Below, piece after piece: positions 17,117-23,803 of a DNA stretch of 23,803 nt. The stretch lies in NCBI GenBank assembly GCA_016840095.1, contig JAEOSZ010000086.1, positions 1 to 23,803 of the forward strand. Reading direction: 5' to 3'. This DNA comes from Candidatus Heimdallarchaeota archaeon. GTDB taxonomy: Archaea > Asgardarchaeota > Heimdallarchaeia > Heimdallarchaeales > Heimdallarchaeaceae. Position 1 is the stretch's first letter. Every line of letters begins with the position of its first letter. Below the pieces are notes generated by a model. The model searched no databases, was not told where the DNA came from, and worked only from the letters and a program-made list of their open reading frames with translations. Position numbers and translations under genes: made by a program.

Positions 17117-18238
17117 CTAGGTTATACCAAATAAATTCTGGAAGAAAGGTACGACATCTTGCCAGAAGAAACTCAATAAACCAGAAATCGTTCCAAATGC
17201 AGAATAAACAAAGAGCATAATTGTCTGCCATTTTGAGATGTTTATGCCGAAAATCGCTTCCATTTTTCGTTTGTAAATCTTAATCGGTATATCAATTGTT
17301 TGAAGGATTCTATAATTCTGTTCAAACTCTATTCTCAGATTACTGTCTAAATCTTTTGACCATTTGGTTGGAGTTATAAAGAATTCAACTACGATTTCAT
17401 CAAGCTCAGGATGGAAATATACTATTCTTTGCTGTGGAGCTAAAGCTGCCATATGTCCAATTGCAATAGGTCGAACAATTAGTGTTCCTTGCTCTAAACC
17501 ATGAATTCTAGTTGTTGCTTCAATTACTTTTTCACCCAATTTAGTCACATTCATAGAGAAATATTGTGCAGATTCTTTGTCAACTGTTAATTCCTTAATA
17601 GATACTTTATCATCATATTTATCATCTCTAATCAAAGTAATTTTGAGACGAAAGACTTCATCTAAACACATATTTTTGGGAATCATAATTGATAAGTCTC
17701 TAGAATACCCTATAAATTCCTCAGCTTCTGCTGCTTCTCCAAGAGTTTCTTTACCAAAATCCTCATCTGCTCTAGGTGGAGCTGCCATTTCTAGTTCTTC
17801 TTCAAATTCCTTAGGTTCTAGTATCATCTCTGTTTCTTCATCTACCATTTTAGCTTTCTCTTCGTATTTTGGTGCATGTTCGCTACCAGCTGCAAATGCA
17901 TCAGTAACTCGTTCATAGTGTTTATCTTCTTTAATTTCTTCAATATCACTCATCATTCCGGAACTTGCACGATTTGGAGAGGGTTTACTTGTTTTCTCTT
18001 TCTTAGACTTACCTTTATGTTTACTACTTGCTACAATATAATCTTCTGAATCAGAAATAGTAGCAACAGCTTTTCTTCTAAAAGGACCTCTAGGAATGAA
18101 CGTTTCTCTATCTTTTAAACTAAATAGTCTCTCACCAAAGTCAATCTTCCTTGCAGATATTCCAATTAATAAAGCCAAGAATACTGTAAGTATGAAGATA
18201 GCTCCTAATGTATAAAATAGTGGTGCCAATGACGCCAT
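17117..18238 (-). CDS. Hypothetical membrane protein (N-terminal TM, charged low-complexity linker, beta-rich domain, C-terminal TM)
   Basis: 373-aa ORF with GAGGT and a TATA-like TTTAATT upstream. Hydrophobic termini and an acidic middle region. No family recognised. Confidence 0.75.
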   Translation of the reverse strand: MASLAPLFYTLGAIFILTVFLALLIGISARKIDFGERLFSLKDRETFIPRGPFRRKAVATISDSEDYIVASSKHKGKSKKEKTSKPSPNRASSGMMSDIEEIKEDKHYERVTDAFAAGSEHAPKYEEKAKMVDEETEMILEPKEFEEELEMAAPPRADEDFGKETLGEAAEAEEFIGYSRDLSIMIPKNMCLDEVFRLKITLIRDDKYDDKVSIKELTVDKESAQYFSMNVTKLGEKVIEATTRIHGLEQGTLIVRPIAIGHMAALAPQQRIVYFHPELDEIVVEFFITPTKWSKDLDSNLRIEFEQNYRILQTIDIPIKIYKRKMEAIFGINISKWQTIMLFVYSAFGTISGLLSFFWQDVVPFFQNLFGIT

Positions 18239-18376
18239 AACCTCATAATGTAGATTGTTTTAATTAAAGGTTACGGAGAAAAGAAACATTTTCTTGGAAG
18301 TTATTTTGTCGGATGTTTTACCAGCGTCATACATGAGTATATAAAATTAATTTTTCCTTCTTATTTTAGGTCTAAA

Positions 18377-18706
18377 ATGAAAATGGTGAATGAGAAGGAA
18401 ACGATTTTCATTAATCAATTCGGGGTTCGTTTCAGAAGATGTGATGTTTCAGATTGTATCTACTGTGTAGATAAGTATGAAGTTTCCACGGGTGGATTAA
18501 TGTCTAATAAGAAAGGGACACCTTTCTTCAAAGGAAATGTTTGTAATTGCTCTCCAGATGATCCTATTAGTCTCAGAGAAGCTGCTAAAGTAAGGTGTTA
18601 TCCTATAGAAGAAAGGAAAACTAAATCTGATCATAGTAATCTAGAATTTATTCGTAATCTAAAAAATCAGTACGAAGTAACTCAATGTAAGATTGAAAAA
18701 TCTTAA
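18377..18706 (+). CDS. Small cysteine-rich hypothetical protein (possibly metal-binding)
   Basis: CDVSDCIYC...CNC...C, with a TATA-like TATATAAA about 30-40 nt upstream. Confidence 0.65.
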   Translation: MKMVNEKETIFINQFGVRFRRCDVSDCIYCVDKYEVSTGGLMSNKKGTPFFKGNVCNCSPDDPISLREAAKVRCYPIEERKTKSDHSNLEFIRNLKNQYEVTQCKIEKS

Positions 18707-18734
18707 ATTACGGTCTTGTGAGCTATAATCATCC

Positions 18735-19481
18735 ATGAAAAGAATTGATTTTAAGAATCAAATTTTCCACAAACACATCTTCCTATTTCTCATATTCTCA
18801 TCTTTTCTATGGATTATTTTGATGGGTTTAGCAATACATCATTATCCTGGTGGAAGCTTTGGAGATCCAACAACTGAAGGATTCAGTTTTTTTTACAATG
18901 CAATAAGTGATCTAGGAAGGTTCATTGCAACAAATGGAGAACCTAATACAGCTTCCAGAGTTCTTTCAATTATAGCTATAAACATTGTGAGTATATGTTC
19001 AATCTTATATTTTTCTTTCATCTGGATTTATTTCCAAGATAGAAAAGCAACAAAGTGGTTAAGTCTTATTGGAAGTGTAAATGGTGTTGCTTGCTCTATT
19101 TGCTATATTTTGTTATCATATGCTGCAGCAGATGCAGTATATCCTTATCATAAAAATCTTCTAACTATTTTCCCAGCATTTTTCTTCATTTCAGTTGTTT
19201 TCTATATGATAGTTTTTTACATGAACAAAGATTTTCCAAGGATAAATGCTGATTCCTATGCAGTTTTAATAGCTGCAGCAGTTGCATTTATAATAACCTT
19301 AATTGTAGGATTTGTTCAAGGTGGAGATTTAGATAGAATAGGTCGTAGAGCAGGTAATACACTATTTAATTTTGTACAGATATTTGTTTATAGTCTTCAA
19401 GGAATTGGAGCATATATTTATATTCAACGTCAAGGCAAAAAAGAACCAGTGTTGGAAGATGCAAAAGAACAAGTTGCTTAA
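18735..19481 (+). CDS. DUF998-like multi-pass membrane protein, paralog 1
   Basis: YPGG...FFYNAISDLGR...NGEPN motif and about 6 TM helices. Confidence 0.75.
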   Translation: MKRIDFKNQIFHKHIFLFLIFSSFLWIILMGLAIHHYPGGSFGDPTTEGFSFFYNAISDLGRFIATNGEPNTASRVLSIIAINIVSICSILYFSFIWIYFQDRKATKWLSLIGSVNGVACSICYILLSYAAADAVYPYHKNLLTIFPAFFFISVVFYMIVFYMNKDFPRINADSYAVLIAAAVAFIITLIVGFVQGGDLDRIGRRAGNTLFNFVQIFVYSLQGIGAYIYIQRQGKKEPVLEDAKEQVA

Positions 19482-20169
19482 ACTAATTTTCATTGGTGTA
19501 GCTGTTGTTTCAATTGTGTCAAATCTACTAATGGGTTTAGCAATCTACTTCTATCCTGGAGGTAATTTTATTGACAATATGGAAGAAGGATTTGGTACTA
19601 TTTATGGTGCTCTGAGTGACTTAGGTAGAGTTACAGCTTACAATGGAGAATCAAACCTTGTTTCAAGAGTTTTGTATACTTCTGCTATCAGTATATTATC
19701 TATTGCTGTAATGATTTTCTATAGCATAATCTGGAAATTTTTCCAAGAAAGGAAATCAACCAAGTGGCTGAGTATTATAGGTTCTTTGTTCGGTGTTACA
19801 CAGAGTATTTTATACATGGTTTTTGCATTTTCTCCAGCAGATATAGCTTTTTCCAGACACATAATGTTAATTTATGTTTCTCCAGGTTTCTTAATAGGGT
19901 CAATTTTAATTTATACAATTGTATTCTTTATAGCTAAAGATTTCCCACGAATTAATGCATATTCATTTTTTGCTTTGATAATAATTGCTGTAATGTTTGC
20001 TACAGCTGTAACTATAGGTTCAATCAGAAAAGATGCAGACATACTTATGTTTCATGCAAGTAGAAGACTTGGACATACATTATTCAATTTCATAGTAACT
20101 TTCAACTATGGAATACAAGCAATTGGTGCACACTTACATGTCAAAAAAACATTTAGAGATAAGAAATAG
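19459..20169 (+). CDS. DUF998-like multi-pass membrane protein, paralog 2
   Basis: YPGG...LSDLGR...NGESN, collinear with paralog 1. Start MQKNK at 19459 inferred from that alignment, giving a 23-nt overlap. Confidence 0.75.
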   Translation: MQKNKLLKLIFIGVAVVSIVSNLLMGLAIYFYPGGNFIDNMEEGFGTIYGALSDLGRVTAYNGESNLVSRVLYTSAISILSIAVMIFYSIIWKFFQERKSTKWLSIIGSLFGVTQSILYMVFAFSPADIAFSRHIMLIYVSPGFLIGSILIYTIVFFIAKDFPRINAYSFFALIIIAVMFATAVTIGSIRKDADILMFHASRRLGHTLFNFIVTFNYGIQAIGAHLHVKKTFRDKK

Positions 20170-20207
20170 GGAAAAAACTCTTAAAATCAAAGTAAATCTA
20201 AAATAAT

Positions 20208-20876
20208 ATGACCTTAGCACTAGTTGAAATGCATAGCAACGAGAAAGACATTAACACGATAATAGCTTTCATCAAAGAACACATTCCCTATTACGGTTAT
20301 AAAATAAGAAGTTCCAAAGATGAATTTCTAGAGCATTATTCCCTGCGAATATCTAAGGAGATGTATCGCTGGGTCATCAATTTTGATATAAGGCTGGATA
20401 GAACAGGAAATCTAGTAAAAGCAGAAATTTCTAGGCTAGAACCTTTTATATTAGATAAGAAAATCATAGAACAATTCCAAAGAAATCAAAATCGAAATCA
20501 AGATAGACCTTCAATGTCTTTATGGAGCATCTTATGGAGAAGCTGGTGGATCTACTTAATTGTCAGTTTTGTTGGGTCAATGATATTAAGTTTCTTTCCA
20601 TGGGTAAACAGATCAATACAAAATTTTGGTTATGCTTTAATGGGTATACTAGGGTTTGTTATCCTTGTATTTGTTGCAGGCATATTTTATAATCGTCACC
20701 AAAGAAATAATGAATTGGAAAAGGTCCAATCACTAAAGAAGGATTTAGAACAAATAATTGAAAGCATTGATGACACAAAACCAAAAGAAAATATCATTTG
20801 CTGGTCATGTTTTGTAGAAGTACTACCTGAGAAAAGAAAGTGTCCAAACTGTGGAGTTGACCTAGTAAAAGTCTAG
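20208..20876 (+). CDS. Two-TM membrane protein with C-terminal zinc ribbon
   Basis: Soluble N-domain, two hydrophobic helices, coiled-coil-like stretch and CWSC-x9-CPNC. Confidence 0.75.
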   Translation: MTLALVEMHSNEKDINTIIAFIKEHIPYYGYKIRSSKDEFLEHYSLRISKEMYRWVINFDIRLDRTGNLVKAEISRLEPFILDKKIIEQFQRNQNRNQDRPSMSLWSILWRSWWIYLIVSFVGSMILSFFPWVNRSIQNFGYALMGILGFVILVFVAGIFYNRHQRNNELEKVQSLKKDLEQIIESIDDTKPKENIICWSCFVEVLPEKRKCPNCGVDLVKV

Positions 20877-20886
20877 GATAAAATTC

Positions 20887-20916
20887 AAAAAGAAAAAAGA
20901 AAGAAAAAAGAAAGAA
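20887..20916 (-). terminator. T-tract terminator of the SPFH gene in the convergent intergenic gap
   Basis: Pure purine run on the + strand (AAAAAGAAAAAAGAAAGAAAAAAGAAAGAA), which is a T/C tract on the minus strand right after the stop at 20918. Confidence 0.55.
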
Positions 20917-20917
20917 T

Positions 20918-21901
20918 TTAGTACTTGTATCCACAGTTTCCACAGAACTTTGCGTCAGGTGAGTTTTTAGCGCCACATTCAGTACAGAATTTAATTTTGC
21001 CACTTTTCTCATCGTCTGTAGGATCTCCACAATGAGCACAGAATTTTGCAGCAGGTGAAACTTTGTTCTTACATTGATTACATTCAATGAAAGCAGCTTC
21101 AACTTCACCTTTCTTCTCAAGTTTATCAGCTTGTTTTATTTCGCCTTTTGAGAAGAGATTGTTTATCATTACTGCACCACCAAGACCACCACCGCCTTCA
21201 GGCATTTTCTCAACTACTTTTGCCATACCAGCATATTGTTGGACTTGACCAGCGGATACTCCAGATCTCATCCAGAACAATCGATCTCTGTATTCTGGAG
21301 TTGTATCGATTCCTCCGAATTTAAGAGTCTTGAGTTTTATTCCGAATTCTTTGAGATCACCTGCAACTTCACCTTCTATGAAGTCTGATGTTTTACCCAA
21401 GTTCGACATCACATCTACAATACTTTTTTCTGAAAGTTTGCTTATAACTGATTCAACTATAAAAGTTCTGAAGAATTCATTAAAAGCTGCTGTAGTGTAA
21501 ATGTTTCTGTTCCCTGCAATTTCGAAAACAAACTTTTGGATATCATCAATCTTATAGAAATAATCTCCAAAGAATTGCAATGGTGCTAATTCTTGTGTTT
21601 GTGATCGCCCTCCGAATTTTCCTTGAAAGTCTGCGAGATTGACAAAAATCACTTGACAATTGAATGGGCTTTTGTCAAATCCTACTATTCTTGACAAGAA
21701 AGTTGTCAAAAGTGGAATATTCTTAGTTTTCATGAAATGTCTTCCACCCTTGAGTACATCATAAACGACTGAATCTTTTATGAATACTGCAACTTGGTTT
21801 GGAAGGACATTAACCTGATCTCCCCAATTGATAGTATCACGAGGATGTCTGTACATTATTTCGTCGCCTCTTCCTAGGGGCCACTCCAATACTTCTACCA
21901 T
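20918..21901 (-). CDS. SPFH/Band-7 domain protein (YdjI / 'virion core protein' subtype) with C-terminal double zinc ribbon
   Basis: INWGDQVNVLPNQVAVFIKD...GGRHFMKTKNIPLL...SPFNCQVIFVN...FGDYFYKIDD...FGIKL, a Gly-rich linker, then CNQC/CAHC/CTEC/CGNC. GAGGT SD upstream. Confidence 0.88.
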   Translation of the reverse strand: MVEVLEWPLGRGDEIMYRHPRDTINWGDQVNVLPNQVAVFIKDSVVYDVLKGGRHFMKTKNIPLLTTFLSRIVGFDKSPFNCQVIFVNLADFQGKFGGRSQTQELAPLQFFGDYFYKIDDIQKFVFEIAGNRNIYTTAAFNEFFRTFIVESVISKLSEKSIVDVMSNLGKTSDFIEGEVAGDLKEFGIKLKTLKFGGIDTTPEYRDRLFWMRSGVSAGQVQQYAGMAKVVEKMPEGGGGLGGAVMINNLFSKGEIKQADKLEKKGEVEAAFIECNQCKNKVSPAAKFCAHCGDPTDDEKSGKIKFCTECGAKNSPDAKFCGNCGYKY

Positions 21902-22055
21902 AATATTACCTCTTTGATAATTTAAATATAACCTCTAAACGGTTCTATTTCAAAATATTGTAAACCATGCTTTTAAAGGTATTTAATGAGGGAATTTGGA
22001 CACAATGTTCTTCCCGATATTGAAAAGCTAATGAAATGAATGAATTTAGTCTCTT

Positions 22056-23639
22056 TTACTCTTTCAGATTTGTGTCCTTTCCACAAAATGTGCAAAACTT
22101 TGATACAGATGAAATCTTCTTTTTGCAGTTGTTACATGTAGAGTATTCTGAGTCTTTTTCTGGTTTTTCTTGTTCCTCTATATCTTCTTTACTAACCTCA
22201 TCAGGCTGCTCGATTTCTTCCAATTTATCAAGATTCACTCCTTCAGATACTGTTAACTCATCCTTTGGTTTAGTTATCTCTGTTTCCACATTTTCTATTA
22301 AAGTTGGTTTAAACTCTTCAATTTCGATTTTCTTTATTTCTTCTTTGCAAACTGGGCATTTAGGATTAAACCTTATCCAAGTTTCTAGATGATTTACATG
22401 ATAGATATTATCACATGAATTACATCTTGAAATAGCTACTTCTCTCTCAACTATATTGTTACAGATTAAACATCTAGGAATATCTTTCTTACAATGCCAA
22501 CATTCTCGGTTAGTAATTGGGTTTGGTCTAAGGCAATTTGGGCATCTTGTCAATCCTTTTCTACGCAATAGATTCTTCGTTTTTTGACCAGTTTTGTACA
22601 GAAATATCCTTGCTTTACTTACATCTTCTCCAAAATGTTCTCTCCAATCTAATATTGGTTTAACAATTGCTACACCACAGACCAAAGCTGACATTGCAAT
22701 TCTTATTTCCATTTCTAACATATTCAAGAGAAAGAACAAAGCAATTCCAAAAGCAAACAATATTAGATAATTTCTAACAAATATGAATTTAAAAGCATCA
22801 CCTATCCAAGTAAAAATTGCTTTCAACTTAGCTTTGACCCATCTAACCATTCGCTTGAATCGTTCAGGATCATAGAGCATCTTAGCTAATTTGACTATCA
22901 GACTAGGTAGATATTTAATACCTCTCCAAAGAGATTGGAAGAAAGTAGCAATTATTTTACCTATATCCTTCATTATCTCTGCTAGCTCTTCTCTTAGGTG
23001 TATTATGATATTAATCAGTATCAACCCCCCACCTATCAAATAGAAGTATACAGCATCAATCCAAATAAAAACATCTAGAGCTGTAAGAACTATAACAGCT
23101 ATCCCTGCAAGAGTTAACAGATTCCAAGGAGATAGAATTAATTTCCACTTAATCCTCTTTAACATCCTTTTCAATGATTCACCGATTCTTCGGAATAATT
23201 CCAGTATCTTTTCATTCAGATCATATGCTTCAATGAAAAATCCAAAAATAATCAGTAGAACTCCAAAAGCCATTATTATGAAGAAAACATAATCCTTAAC
23301 TGTAAAATCTTCATTTCCAAAAGTGAATATGTAAATCAATGTAGGTAGAGCTAACATGAAGAATCCAAGATAAGCTGTTATTGCTCCTAGAACGAAATAT
23401 TCTATTCCTTTTCTCTTAATTCGTCGAAGAATCAAAGCAAAGAAGAGAATTAAGAAACCAGAAACCAGTACTCCTATGAATAGCATGAACAGCCATTCTT
23501 TTGTCTCATACATTCCAGTAATTCCTGTGACCATAGTGCCAAGTAGACCAATTATACCGACAATGAGTCCTATCCACATTGTAGTAAGTGCTGGAGTTTT
23601 TTGTTCTATGAGTTCCTTATCAAGATGTTTCTCGTTCAT
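22056..23639 (-). CDS. Multi-pass membrane protein with zinc ribbon + RING finger + zinc ribbon (putative membrane E3 ubiquitin ligase)
   Basis: About 8 hydrophobic helices, CPNC...CWHC, RING CLIC-x12-CNSC-x4-H-x2-H-LETW-x6-CPVC, acidic linker, CNNC...FCTFCG. ATG at 23639 has GGAGGTG upstream and overlaps the upstream stop (ATGA). Confidence 0.82.
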   Translation of the reverse strand: MNEKHLDKELIEQKTPALTTMWIGLIVGIIGLLGTMVTGITGMYETKEWLFMLFIGVLVSGFLILFFALILRRIKRKGIEYFVLGAITAYLGFFMLALPTLIYIFTFGNEDFTVKDYVFFIIMAFGVLLIIFGFFIEAYDLNEKILELFRRIGESLKRMLKRIKWKLILSPWNLLTLAGIAVIVLTALDVFIWIDAVYFYLIGGGLILINIIIHLREELAEIMKDIGKIIATFFQSLWRGIKYLPSLIVKLAKMLYDPERFKRMVRWVKAKLKAIFTWIGDAFKFIFVRNYLILFAFGIALFFLLNMLEMEIRIAMSALVCGVAIVKPILDWREHFGEDVSKARIFLYKTGQKTKNLLRRKGLTRCPNCLRPNPITNRECWHCKKDIPRCLICNNIVEREVAISRCNSCDNIYHVNHLETWIRFNPKCPVCKEEIKKIEIEEFKPTLIENVETEITKPKDELTVSEGVNLDKLEEIEQPDEVSKEDIEEQEKPEKDSEYSTCNNCKKKISSVSKFCTFCGKDTNLKE

Positions 23640-23803
23640 TTCTTCCACACCTCCTCTATCTGGTCTGCAAGTTTTTTAGACCTACCAGTTCTTAGTTTCT
23701 TAAGCTCTCCACGCCATCGTAGAATTATTATCGCCACAGAAGCCATAACTATCAATCCTCCTCCTATAAACATCATAATTGGTACGGAAAATCCATCTGG
23801 AAA
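23636..23803 (-). CDS. 3' end of an upstream membrane protein (partial; not in the ORF track)
   Basis: Open frame from the window end: FPDGFSVPIMMFIGGGLIVMASVAIIILRWRGELKKLRTGRSKKLADQIEEVWKK*, with TGA at 23638-23636 overlapping the next ATG. Confidence 0.75.
   Translation of the reverse strand, partial: FPDGFSVPIMMFIGGGLIVMASVAIIILRWRGELKKLRTGRSKKLADQIEEVWKK

Noticed and set aside
17046-17231. 62-aa N-terminal extension of the Gfo/Idh/MocA ORF overlapping the upstream gene (possible fusion or frameshift)
   Set aside because: The Rossmann motif begins right after Met at 17045. The extension runs through a terminator-like T-tract and the alternate frame of the upstream gene.
19372-19458. TTG-started extension of DUF998-like paralog 2
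   Set aside because: Alignment to paralog 1 supports the ATG at 19459, and the extension lies inside the upstream CDS.
20918-21901. 'Virion core protein' similarity as evidence of a provirus
   Set aside because: That label applies to a cellular SPFH subfamily, and no integrase, capsid, terminase or att sites are seen.
307-23679. Short antisense or alternate-frame ORFs (e.g. 1317-1670, 4322-4708, 13676-14203, 17577-17918, 20794-21120, 22036-22392, 23476-23679)
   Set aside because: They are shadows of well-supported genes and have no motifs of their own.

Overview
AT-rich, gene-dense chromosomal window, most likely from an Asgard archaeon (Heimdallarchaeia-like). This assignment is inferred from an archaeal/eukaryote-type ProRS, a Rab/Ras-like small GTPase without a CAAX tail, a RING-finger protein, TATA/BRE-like promoters and T-tract terminators. 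It holds about 22 CDSs: a 5'-truncated Rad3/XPD/DinG Fe-S helicase, a Rab-like GTPase, a divergent TetR/MMPL pair, an ArsR-GyrI regulator, proS, several metabolic enzymes (GH63-like hydrolase, YhhN, DUF362 Fe-S, DinB, GNAT, polysaccharide deacetylase, ADC-like, Gfo/Idh/MocA) and a right-hand block of membrane and zinc-binding proteins. The best candidate for a new system is at the right end. There, a ~8-TM membrane protein with zinc ribbon + RING + zinc ribbon is translationally coupled to an upstream membrane gene and followed by an SPFH-double zinc ribbon gene, which suggests (by inference only) an ERAD-like membrane quality-control module. Other notable points are an apparent CTG start for the GTPase behind an in-frame MVS* mini-ORF and two clear candidate operators. 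No rRNA, tRNA, CRISPR array or mobile element was recognised.
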